From the NCBI GenBank assembly GCA_963798845.1, contig CAWCUS010000006.1, positions 1,184,001 through 1,248,000 of the forward strand: 64,000 nucleotides of DNA, written 5' to 3'. The translations under genes and the position numbers were made by a program. The DNA comes from an uncultured Gemmatimonadales bacterium (GTDB lineage Bacteria > Gemmatimonadota > Gemmatimonadetes > Longimicrobiales > RSA9). Shown piece by piece: positions 18,979 to 27,617 of this stretch (the stretch's first letter is position 1; each line of letters starts with the position of its first letter). Under the pieces are notes generated by a model, which was not told the origin of the DNA, ran no database searches, and saw nothing but the letters and a program-made list of their open reading frames with translations.

Positions 18979-20187
18979 ATGCCGACCTACACCTACTCGG
19001 CCCGCAACCCCACCGGGATGCTCCAGCGCGGCGAGATCGACGTGCCCACCCGCGAGGAGGTCGTCGGATTCCTCCGCCGGCAGAAGCTGATTCCGGTCAA
19101 GATCGACCAGAAGAAGGGTGCCTTCACCCTCAACCTGACGCTCGGCAATCCGATCAAGACCCGCGACATCGTCATCTTCACACGACAGTTCGCGACCATG
19201 ATCAACGCCGGGCTGCCGCTCGTGCAGTCCCTCGACATCCTCGCGCGACAGACCGAGAACAAGGCGCTGTCCCGCGTCATCGAGCAGGTCCAGCACGACG
19301 TCGAGAGCGGCAACACCCTCGCCGACGCCCTGCGCCAGCACCCCAAGGTCTTCACCGAGCTCTTCGTCAACATGGTCGCCGCCGGCGAAGTGGGCGGCAT
19401 CCTGGACATCATCCTGCTCCGCCTGGCCGTCTTCCTCGAGAAGAACGACGCCCTCAAGCGCAAGATCAAGGGCGCCATGGTCTACCCGGCCGTCATCTTC
19501 CTCGTCGCCATCGGCGCCGTCGCCACCCTCCTGATCGTGGTCATCCCCACCTTCCAGGAGATGTTCGAAAGCGCCGGCGTGCCCCTGCCCGCGCCCACCC
19601 GCGTGGTCATCGGGCTGTCCCAGGGACTCCAGTCCTACTGGTACATCGTTCTCGCCGTGATCGCCGCCGTCGTCATCGGCCTCCGCTCCTACTACAAGAC
19701 CCGCAACGGCGAGCTCGCCATCGACCGCTTCATGCTCAGGATCCCCATCATCGGACCCCTCCTGAGGAAGACCGCCGTCGCACGCTTCACACGCACCCTC
19801 GGCACCCTGGTCTCCTCCGGCGTCTCCATCCTCGACGGCCTCGAGATCACCGCCAAGACCGCCGGCAACCGCGTCATCCAGGACGCCGTCATGGCCAGCC
19901 GCAGCAGCATCGCCGGCGGCGAGACCATCGCCGAGCCGCTCAAGCGCGCCGAAGTCTTCCCGCCCATGGTCGTCTCCATGATCCACGTGGGCGAGCAGAC
20001 CGGCGGCCTCGACGAGATGCTCACCAAGATCGCCGACTTCTACGACGAGGAGGTCGACCAGGCCGTCGAAGCGCTCCTCAGCGCCCTCGAGCCGATCATG
20101 ATCGTGTTCCTCGGCGGCATCGTCGGCGGCATGATCGTCGCCATGTACCTGCCGATCTTCGACATGATCAACACGGTGCAGCAGTAG
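18979..20187 (+). CDS. pilC: Type IV pilus inner-membrane platform protein
   Basis: 'FTRQFATMINAGLPL', 'GEQTGGLDEML.KIADFY', 'MYLPIF'. Confidence 0.95.
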   Translation: MPTYTYSARNPTGMLQRGEIDVPTREEVVGFLRRQKLIPVKIDQKKGAFTLNLTLGNPIKTRDIVIFTRQFATMINAGLPLVQSLDILARQTENKALSRVIEQVQHDVESGNTLADALRQHPKVFTELFVNMVAAGEVGGILDIILLRLAVFLEKNDALKRKIKGAMVYPAVIFLVAIGAVATLLIVVIPTFQEMFESAGVPLPAPTRVVIGLSQGLQSYWYIVLAVIAAVVIGLRSYYKTRNGELAIDRFMLRIPIIGPLLRKTAVARFTRTLGTLVSSGVSILDGLEITAKTAGNRVIQDAVMASRSSIAGGETIAEPLKRAEVFPPMVVSMIHVGEQTGGLDEMLTKIADFYDEEVDQAVEALLSALEPIMIVFLGGIVGGMIVAMYLPIFDMINTVQQ

Positions 20188-20209
20188 GGGGTGTCCCTGA
20201 AGGTCACGT

Positions 20210-20378
20210 GTGTGGGTTTACACGGTGTGGGTTTACACGGTGTTTCGTAAGTCCTGAGCGGAATCTGTCGTAATTTGTTGCACGCTGTTTCGTAATTTCG
20301 CGGAAGCCTGTGGTTCCCCAGGACGGATCGTAGGACGACGCCGCCTTCTATCGTAATTCGCGGCAACCCGTATCGTAG
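20210..20378. repeat. 15-bp tandem repeat followed by six TCGTA(A/G) motifs at 22-23-bp spacing
   Basis: GTGTGGGTTTACACG x2 (20210-20239); TCGTAR at 20245, 20268, 20290, 20328, 20351, 20373. Confidence 0.75.
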
Positions 20379-20525
20379 GACGCAGTAGGCGTTACGCCGA
20401 GTTGTCAGCGCTGATCGAGGGGCAGGGACGGGCGGGACCGCTCGTCCCTGTCAGCGTTGTGGTGAATTCCAGATCCGCCTAGCTTTTCCACTTTCAGGCA
20501 GGTTCTCGAGCAATGGCGGTGCGAC

Positions 20526-21389
20526 GTGCCTGCACAACTCCTCCTCGCCTACGTCTTCATCACGCTCGTGGCCGGAGCCGTCTGCATCGGGTCCGTGCTC
20601 ATGCTGGCGTGGCTCCGGCGTGACGAGCTCGCGCGCGCCTTCCTGTGGCTCTATGCCGCTCTTACCGTGGCCGTTCTGGCTACGCTTCTGCTCGCGCTCG
20701 CGGCGACGCAGCCAGCAGTATCCCCCGGCGCGACCTCGGTCCTCGTATACCTGGAGGCATTCGTAGGACGCTATGGCGTGATGCTCGCGCTTCCGTTGTT
20801 CGCGCACCGGGCATTCAGCATCCGGGACCGCCGCCGGGATTCCGCGCTGATCGGCGTCGTGTTGGCGAGCCTTGCCGCTCAGCACGTGACCGAGTTCATG
20901 CTCGGGGGCGTCTGGGATGCACGCGGGGATGTCGCCGAGGACGTCGTGTTTGCGGGCATCGTCGCATACACCGTCGTGATTGGGGTGGCGAGGAGACGCC
21001 GTGGGGCCTATCCACCGCTGGCCGGGCGATTCCTCGCGCTTCTGGTCGCCGGTTTGCCGGTAGCGGTCTGGGACCTCTTCATCGCCGGCGACGAGGGCCC
21101 CCGGCTTTACCCTCTCTGGTACTGCGCCCTGGGCTTCGTCGTGATTCTCACCCTCTTCCGCCGCCACGCCGCCTCCGGCGCCGCCCCGCCCCGCGAGTGG
21201 GACCTTTCCGAACGGGAGGAGGAGGTACTTCGGCTCGTGCAGCGAGGGTTGAGCAATCAGGCCGTCGCGCGGGAGCTCACCATTTCTCCCAACACCGTGA
21301 AGTCTCACCTGCGCGCCATCTTCGACAAGAGCGGCTTCCGCACGCGCACGGCCCTCATCGCGCAGATGCGGAATCACCCGATCGGGTGA
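20526..21389 (+). CDS. Membrane-anchored LuxR-type HTH regulator
   Basis: Multiple TM helices + 'LSEREEEVLRLV.RGLSNQAVAREL.ISPNTVKSHLRAIF.K'. Confidence 0.85.
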   Translation: MPAQLLLAYVFITLVAGAVCIGSVLMLAWLRRDELARAFLWLYAALTVAVLATLLLALAATQPAVSPGATSVLVYLEAFVGRYGVMLALPLFAHRAFSIRDRRRDSALIGVVLASLAAQHVTEFMLGGVWDARGDVAEDVVFAGIVAYTVVIGVARRRRGAYPPLAGRFLALLVAGLPVAVWDLFIAGDEGPRLYPLWYCALGFVVILTLFRRHAASGAAPPREWDLSEREEEVLRLVQRGLSNQAVARELTISPNTVKSHLRAIFDKSGFRTRTALIAQMRNHPIG

Positions 21390-21490
21390 GGGGCGGGAGA
21401 TCATCCGATCGGGCGATTGTCGGATGATCGGGCCGAGTGCAGCGTCCGGTGTCAAGGTCACCCGGATGAACCGTCGGCCTGGAGGATGGG

Positions 21491-22723
21491 ATGTCGTACC
21501 GCGCGCCATGGCTGGTTCTCTGTTGTGTCGTGATTGCCCTTACGGTTGGTGCGTCCTGCGCTGGGTCGATGCCTCAGGACGTTCCTGTCCCCCGTAGGGT
21601 GCTCCTGACCAATGACAACGGAATCGACGACGTCGGGCTAGTCGAATTGGCGCGTGCGTTCGCCCGCGACACCAGTTTCGAGGTCGTGGTGGTGGCTGCG
21701 ACCCGGGACCGCAGCGGCACGTCCAACTTTCTGGGCGCGACTCAAACCGGTCGCTACAGCGTCGAGCGCAGGGATCTGGGAGTGGGAATCGAGGCGTGGG
21801 CGTTGGAAGGCTACCCCGCCGACTGCGTCATCTTTGCCCTCACCGGGCCGCTTCGCGATCGCCTGCCGGACATCGTCGTCTCGGGCATAAACGGGGGGGC
21901 GAATCTGGCGGACGACTGGTTCGGTTCCGGGACCATTGGCGCCGCCCGCACCGCGGCCTACTTCGGGATACCGGCCGTAGCCGTATCCGGTCTCGAGGAC
22001 GATGACCCTGCCGCCGTGGCGGCTGCCACCTCCTGGGTGGTCCGCTTCGTCCGCAGTCCGATCGTGGCCACGCTGGAGCCACCGGAGTACCTGACGGTGA
22101 GCCTCCCTGTGGGGTCCCCTCCCGAAATCCGAGGCGTACGGGTCGTGGAGCGGGCGCGCGGGCTGATGGAAGGCAGGTCGAACAGAATCGAGGGGGACGA
22201 CTCCGTCGCCGTCTGGCAGTTCAACCTGACGACGGATCCGCTGGTAGCGGCGCCCGGCACGGACGTCGGGGCGGTGGCCGCCGGCGAGATCGCGATCGTC
22301 CCGATGCGGGTCGACGAGTACGATCCCGCGCTCGCCGAACGGCTTCGGCGCCGGGTGGAGCTCATTCCTGAATGGATTCCAGCGGTGCCCGGCGCCCGCA
22401 GCGTCGGTTTCGCCTGCGATGCTGGCTTCGGGGCGACCATCGATGATGCCGAGGATGCGGACGGCCATGAGCGGGGGGTGATGATCGAGTCGGTGGTACC
22501 GACAGGCCTCGCGGCTGCCGTGGGCCTCCAGAAGGGCAATGTGGTCGTCTCGTTCAAAGGGATCGCGCTCGAGTCGGACCGCGGAGATCCGGAGGATCCG
22601 GATCGCCGCCTCGTTCGTCTGCTGCGGGAGTTGCCGTGCGGGAGTGCGGTGGTGCTGGAGTACGTTCGGGACGGGCGGCGGCACTCGGTGCAATTCGACT
22701 GGCAGCGGCGGGAAGTGCCGTAG
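21491..22723 (+). CDS. surE: Exported SurE-family 5'/3'-nucleotidase with C-terminal PDZ-like domain
   Basis: 'VLLTNDNGID', 'GYPADCV', 'VVSGINGGAN..SGTIGAA'; signal peptide; 'VVPTGLAAAVGLQKGNVV'. Confidence 0.8.
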   Translation: MSYRAPWLVLCCVVIALTVGASCAGSMPQDVPVPRRVLLTNDNGIDDVGLVELARAFARDTSFEVVVVAATRDRSGTSNFLGATQTGRYSVERRDLGVGIEAWALEGYPADCVIFALTGPLRDRLPDIVVSGINGGANLADDWFGSGTIGAARTAAYFGIPAVAVSGLEDDDPAAVAAATSWVVRFVRSPIVATLEPPEYLTVSLPVGSPPEIRGVRVVERARGLMEGRSNRIEGDDSVAVWQFNLTTDPLVAAPGTDVGAVAAGEIAIVPMRVDEYDPALAERLRRRVELIPEWIPAVPGARSVGFACDAGFGATIDDAEDADGHERGVMIESVVPTGLAAAVGLQKGNVVVSFKGIALESDRGDPEDPDRRLVRLLRELPCGSAVVLEYVRDGRRHSVQFDWQRREVP

Positions 22724-22891
22724 CCCGCGAAGGTGTCTGGCCTTCCGGATCCTCGGCTGTCCGGATCCCGGCAACTACGATAGAGGTTGGCAATCCAAGC
22801 GGGCAACTTACGATAGCCGCGCCTGCGAGCTACGGTAGATCGCGGCGAACCACAGAAGCCTCGTTGAGGCAAGGAGATGGCGAGCGGGGAG

Positions 22892-24378
22892 GAGTGCTGT
22901 CAACTTTTTTCTGTAGAAGTGGCCTGAGCCCTTCGGTTGTGTGATCCCTCATTCTCGCCCTGGTGGGGTCGAGGGCCGGAGCGCCGAAGGCGCGGGAGGC
23001 CACGTTGACTTCCACCGATATCCTGCATCCGCCGCACAGCTCAGGCGGCCGACTCGAGAGCCTCCGCCGACCTCTCCTTCCTCTGTTCCGCCAGCGGTTC
23101 CATTCGCAGGTAGCGCCGCCCGGTCACCCAGTCCTCGTGCCACTCCTTCAAGAGCGCGGTCACGAGCCGCCGCAGGCTCTCGAGGTTCGGGAAGATCCGC
23201 ACGACCCGGGTCCGGCGCAGCAGCTCCTGGTTCACCCGTTCGTTCCCGTTCGTGGTCCGGATGCGCCGGCGGTGCTTCTCCGGGAAGTGGAAGCAGCTCA
23301 AGGTCTCCTCCCCCATGACCTCGAGCCACTCGGCCAGGTCCGGATGCTCCGGAGCCAGCTCGGCCGCGAGATCCCCCAGCGCCGCCCGGGCCGCCTCGTG
23401 ATCCTCGCTGTCGTCCCAGACCCGGCGCAACCGCGTGTGGAGCTCGTCCTCGAGCGCCTTCGGAGCCTTCTCCAGCGCGTTCATCAGGAAGTGCCGCTGG
23501 CACCGCTGCCACGGCACGCCCGGCAGATGACGCCGCCGAGCCTCGGCCAGGCCCGGATGGGCATCCGCCACCACGAGCTCCACCCCCCTCAAGCCCCGCT
23601 CCTGCAACCCGGCCAGGAAGTCCGACCAGGTCGCGGTGGTCTCGCCCATGGCCACGTCCACGCCCAGCACGTGCCGATGTCCGGTCTCGCTCACCCCGAT
23701 CGCCACCAGCACCGCGACGTCCACGATCCGGTGGTCCACCCGCACCTTCTCATAGCGCGCATCCAGGACCAGGTACGGGAAGGCCTCCGCCAGCTCTCGC
23801 GTCCGCCACGGCTCGAGCTCCGCATCCAGCTCCTGCGCGTACCGGCTCACCGTCTCGTGGCTCAGACCCTCTCCGAACAGCTCCTCGCAGATCGCAGCCA
23901 CCTTCCGCGTCGACACGCCCTGCACGTAGCACTGCGCCAGCGCGCTGATCAGCGCGCCCTCGCTCCGCTGGTACCGCTCCAGCACCGACGGGTAGAAGCC
24001 CCCATCCCGCGTCTGCGGCACCCGAAGCTCCAGCACCCCCACCCGCGTCCGCTGCGTCCGCGGCTTATAGCCATTCCGCTGCGCTCTCCGCGCCTCACCC
24101 CGCTCGAACGGCGCCGCGCCCACGTACACGTCCCGCTCCGACTCCATCAGCGCCTGGACACCCGCCCGGAGAATCTCCGCCAGCAGATCCCGGTCCGACT
24201 CCAGCACCGCTTGCATCCACTCCGTCACATCCTGAGATTGGTCCTGACGGGTCACGATTCCCTCCTCAGTCAAGTGATTTTTTGCGATTTCACTCAACCG
24301 AAGGGGTCGGGGCCCGTCTCTGCAACCGCCTCGACCGACCCCCTTCAACCCACTTCTACAGAAAACAGCTTACACAGC
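22892..24378 (-). mobile_element. IS256-family insertion sequence
   Basis: Imperfect 29-bp TIRs (22894-22922 GTGCTGTCAACTTTTTTCTGTAGAAGTGG vs revcomp of 24350-24378 GCTGTGTAAGCTGTTTTCTGTAGAAGTGG); direct repeat GCGGGGAG(G) at 22884 and 24379. Confidence 0.9.
23041..24255 (-). CDS. IS256 (Mutator-type) transposase
   Basis: 'RNGYKPR', 'YVQGVSTRKV', 'YLVLDARYEKVR', 'WQRCQRHF', 'RTTNGNERVNQE'; GTG start after GAGGAGGG. Confidence 0.95.
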   Translation of the reverse strand: MTRQDQSQDVTEWMQAVLESDRDLLAEILRAGVQALMESERDVYVGAAPFERGEARRAQRNGYKPRTQRTRVGVLELRVPQTRDGGFYPSVLERYQRSEGALISALAQCYVQGVSTRKVAAICEELFGEGLSHETVSRYAQELDAELEPWRTRELAEAFPYLVLDARYEKVRVDHRIVDVAVLVAIGVSETGHRHVLGVDVAMGETTATWSDFLAGLQERGLRGVELVVADAHPGLAEARRRHLPGVPWQRCQRHFLMNALEKAPKALEDELHTRLRRVWDDSEDHEAARAALGDLAAELAPEHPDLAEWLEVMGEETLSCFHFPEKHRRRIRTTNGNERVNQELLRRTRVVRIFPNLESLRRLVTALLKEWHEDWVTGRRYLRMEPLAEQRKERSAEALESAA

Positions 24379-24593
24379 GCGGGGAGGTGGCGGCCGGTAA
24401 CGGCGCCCTTCAGCATCAGGGCAGTCCGTACCGGGTTCTCTATGCGTTCGATCCGCGGCGCACGGCTATCCTGCTGGTCGGCGGAGACAAGACGGGCGAT
24501 GATCGGTGGTATGAGGCGTATGTGCCCGTGGCGGATCGCCTGTATGACGAGCATGTAGAGGAGCTACGCAGGGAGGAAAGAATCGATGGCTAA
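24379..24593 (+). pseudogene. C-terminal half of RelE/ParE (Gp49-like) type II toxin
   Basis: 'YRVLYAFDPRRTAILLVGGDK.GD.RWY..VP.AD.LYDEH'; family N-terminal half absent. Confidence 0.75.
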
Positions 24594-24891
24594 GAACTTC
24601 AATACCCTTCGGAAAGAGATGTCTCCGGAGTCGCAGGAGCGCGCTGCGGAGAAGACGGCCCGGCTGATCGCGGCCATGGACATGGACGATCTTCGGCAGC
24701 ATCGTCACATCTCACAGGAGGATCTGGCGAAGCGACTCGACATCGTCCAGTCCTCGGTTTCCCGGCGACTCCATGGCAAGGACGCCAAGCTCAGCAAGGT
24801 CCGAGAGGTTGTGGAGGCAATGGGTGGTCACCTTGAAGTGGTGGCTGCATTTCCTGAGGGCGAGCGCGTTCGGCTGAAGCAGTTCGAGTAA
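24586..24891 (+). CDS. XRE/HigA-like HTH antitoxin
   Basis: 'LRQHRHISQEDLAKRLDIVQSSVSR..VEAMGGHLEVVAAFPEG'; overlaps the toxin remnant. Confidence 0.85.
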   Translation: MAKNFNTLRKEMSPESQERAAEKTARLIAAMDMDDLRQHRHISQEDLAKRLDIVQSSVSRRLHGKDAKLSKVREVVEAMGGHLEVVAAFPEGERVRLKQFE

Positions 24892-25110
24892 TTACGAGAG
24901 AACTGCCCACGCCCGGAACCGCCCGGTTACAGATTCATCGAAAAATCCTTCCCGTAGCCCGAGATTCGCGTGATTCTGGATTAGCCCGTTCCGGTCGTCG
25001 GGCTATCCGCCGCATCGGCGTGTTCTGTGTTGACGACGAGTTCGTCCCGAGTCGCCAAGTTCCCAACCGGCGCGCCACGTCACCGCCAGCGCGTTTGCGA
25101 CGAGAACACA

Positions 25111-25137
25111 AGCGCCCGCCTACCGTAGGCGGGCGCT
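25111..25137 (-). terminator. Intrinsic terminator of the minus-strand lipoprotein gene
   Basis: AGCGCCCGCCTA-CCG-TAGGCGGGCGCT perfect 12-bp stem just past the stop. Confidence 0.7.
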
Positions 25138-25153
25138 CCGCCGGGCCGGATAG

Positions 25154-26032
25154 CTACCGCACTTCGACGGCCGTGACGCTGAACGGGAGGTCCATCGCGC
25201 CCCCGTTCGGGATGGATGCGTTCCCGGAGACGTCGTAGCACTGGGCGGCATGGATCCCCGCGCCGTTCGCCACCGTTTGGATCGACCAGCTCCCCGGCGC
25301 CGCCGGGTCCCACGACCCGAGCGCCTCGCCTGCCCCGTTCGTGTCGCCCGAGTCGACGTACGTCCCCGACGTCCGCTCGATCCGGACCTTCTCGAACTCC
25401 AGCCGGTCGCAACCCGGGATCCCCGTGGAGGAGATCGCGAAGGGCGCGGCCGGGTTCTGGCGCCGCTCATAGCCGGGATACTCCGCGGAGGTGCTCGGAT
25501 ATTCGAGGTTGCGGTCCCGCCCCGGCGCCTTCGCCTCCATCTTCGCATCGCGCCCGTCCACGACCCCGAGCCCGCCCGCATCGGCCCCCAGCATCATGAC
25601 GTTCTGGAAGTTGATGAACGGCGCCGTCTCCACCGTGCCGAGCCCCAGGTCGTTGCCCGCCGGGAATGAGATCGTCACGTGCCGCTTGACCTTGTGGCCG
25701 TTCATGTCGGCGTCGAAGACGAGGTCGCCCGAGACGCTGCAGCCCTGGTCGTGATAGAAGATCTTCGCGTGGACGCCGTCCTGATCACCGACGAACGTGT
25801 TGCCGAGGCCGTCCCCGCCGATGGCCCCGCCCCAGGTCAGCTGGACCCTCGAGTCCAGCAGGTCCGTCTTCCCCCCGCACTCGCTGTTCTGGAGCCCCCC
25901 GCCGTCCCCTCCGGGGCGGCCGCCCCTGGCGAAGGCTGCATCGTCCACGCCGGCGAGACGGGTGGAAGCGTCTGAACATGCGCCGAGGACAGTCAGCGCG
26001 AGACCCAGTGTGAACAGTTTGATGCACCGCAT
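25154..26032 (-). CDS. Hypothetical lipoprotein
   Basis: 'MRCIKLFTLGLALTVLGAC' lipobox; Gly-rich linker. Confidence 0.7.
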   Translation of the reverse strand: MRCIKLFTLGLALTVLGACSDASTRLAGVDDAAFARGGRPGGDGGGLQNSECGGKTDLLDSRVQLTWGGAIGGDGLGNTFVGDQDGVHAKIFYHDQGCSVSGDLVFDADMNGHKVKRHVTISFPAGNDLGLGTVETAPFINFQNVMMLGADAGGLGVVDGRDAKMEAKAPGRDRNLEYPSTSAEYPGYERRQNPAAPFAISSTGIPGCDRLEFEKVRIERTSGTYVDSGDTNGAGEALGSWDPAAPGSWSIQTVANGAGIHAAQCYDVSGNASIPNGGAMDLPFSVTAVEVR

Positions 26033-26361
26033 GACAATCTCCCGGATCTGAGGAGCGCGCAGTGGGCGAACGAGGATCGCCCGACTGTAGGGGACTCGCT
26101 TACCAGTGTAGGGAGCCCCCCTACCACATCGCATGGGGCGTTTTGCCCTACCTGGTGAAGCCGCGTCGTTTGCGACGACAGCAGGTGAAGCGAAGGGAAG
26201 GGAAGGGTCCCTCTGGTAGGCGGTTCTGCGCGCCAACTCGCCCTGGCTCGCGGGCGAACCACTCTCGGGACCTCAGACAGCGACGGCCATTGCCGCGACC
26301 GCTTCCCGGCGAGCCCGTACCTCGGCGGGCTCGGCCTCGGCGGGCTGATCGCCTGCCGACG

Positions 26362-26445
26362 GTAGGGGCGTAGATAGGTGTGGTCGAATCCTGGGCCGCC
26401 GTGGAGAACGATCATCGGTGGTCCGTCGCCAACTTCGACCACAGG
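26362..26445 (-). pseudogene. Fragment of alpha/beta hydrolase (proline iminopeptidase-like N-terminus)
   Basis: 'VGDGPPMIVLHGGPGFDHTYLRP' with no continuation. Confidence 0.55.
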
Positions 26446-26758
26446 CCGCCAAGGTCGTGCTGGACAGGAGCGAGGGGAGTCATAGGGGATCGGGTGGTCC
26501 GCGGAAACTGCAGGGCCTCCCTGGTACACACACGCGGGCGTGAGGTCAAGAATCATTCCTGGCCATTCGGCCACATCGTCCTGTTCGACAGTGGACGCAC
26601 CTGGTCGACTGGTTCTGAGCGCCAGCGTGCGGGAGAGCGGACAGAAGGCACGCCGGGATAGAACACTCGTCGCCGGAGCCGCATCCCGGTGGCTGACTCG
26701 CGGCGCGATACAGGCCGCAGTATTGCCTACGGCGGCGATCGCGTCCTACCCTTCGCCC

Positions 26759-26935
26759 ATGCCGAACCGCCACGGACACTGGGATCCACAGGCTGAGGCC
26801 GACCTCCGCCATGCCGGGAACGCCCGCGAGGCGGGTGATCACGAGTGGGCGTGCTTCGCCGGGCAGCAGGCGGCGGAGAAGGGGGTACAGGCGTCGATCC
26901 AGTCGCCGGGCGGCGAGGTGTGGGAGGACGGATGA
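26759..26935 (+). pseudogene. Truncated HEPN-domain gene
   Basis: 'QAEADLRHA..AREAGDHEWACFAGQQAAEKG' is the N-terminus of MNT-associated HEPN proteins; stops after 58 aa. Confidence 0.7.
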
Positions 26936-27393
26936 CGGCGACACTCGTTCGGCTGCGGGACGTCCGGGCGGAAGATCTCGACGCCTTCTTCGAGCACCAG
27001 CGGGATCCCGAAGGGGTGGCGATGGCGGCTTTCCCGTCGCGGGACGAGGAGGCCTTCCGGAGCCACTGGGCCCGCGTGCTCGCCAACGCGGAGAATCGAA
27101 CGCGGACCATCGAGGTGGCCGGGACCGTGGCCGGTCACGTGGCCTGCTTCCCGCTGAATGACGTCCTGAACGTCGGCTACTGGCTCGGCCGCTCGTTCTG
27201 GGGGAAGGGGATCGCCACCGCGGCGCTCGGCCAGTTCCTGCGCGAGATCCAGGCGCGCCCGCTCTTCGCGCACGTGGCGGTGCACAACGTGGGCTCCCGT
27301 CGGGTGCTGGAGAAATGCGGGTTCATCCCGGTCGACGAGGAGGCGGAGGTCGGCGAGGACGGCGTGACGGAGCTGCTCTTCAGGCTCGACTAG
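26932..27393 (+). CDS. GNAT (RimJ/RimL-like) acetyltransferase
   Basis: 'VGYWLGRSFWGKGIAT', 'HNVGSRRVLEKCGF'. Confidence 0.9.
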   Translation: MTATLVRLRDVRAEDLDAFFEHQRDPEGVAMAAFPSRDEEAFRSHWARVLANAENRTRTIEVAGTVAGHVACFPLNDVLNVGYWLGRSFWGKGIATAALGQFLREIQARPLFAHVAVHNVGSRRVLEKCGFIPVDEEAEVGEDGVTELLFRLD

Positions 27394-27545
27394 CGCCCGC
27401 ACCGACGTCATGGCCGTGGCCGCGGGCGAGATCGCGATCGTGCCCATGCACGTCGACGAGTACGATTCCGCGCTGGCCGAGCGGCTCCGGCGCCAGGTGG
27501 AGCTCATCCCTGAATGGACCCCATCGGCATCCGGCGCCCGCAGCG
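27394..27545 (+). pseudogene. Diverged fragment of a second surE-like gene
   Basis: Aligns by eye to 22251-22403 ('TDV.AVAAGEIAIVPM.VDEYD.ALAERLRR.VELIPEW'). Confidence 0.8.
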
Positions 27546-27617
27546 ACGATTCATGACCCGGTCCGACCCGACGCCGATCGGTTTGCCGTCGCGTGCGGAC
27601 ACATGGGGCGGTCCGCC

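Noticed and set aside
20186..20215. GGGGGTGTCCCTGAAGGTCACGTGTGT as an IS256-like terminal repeat
   Set aside because: Only a loose resemblance; no matching partner end or transposase remnant found.
22251..27545. surE duplicate as a DGR template/variable repeat pair
   Set aside because: Mismatches are mostly third-position and not adenine-specific.
20188..27600. Integron cassette array
   Set aside because: No integrase and no convincing repeated attC (RYYYAAC...GTTRRRY) structures.
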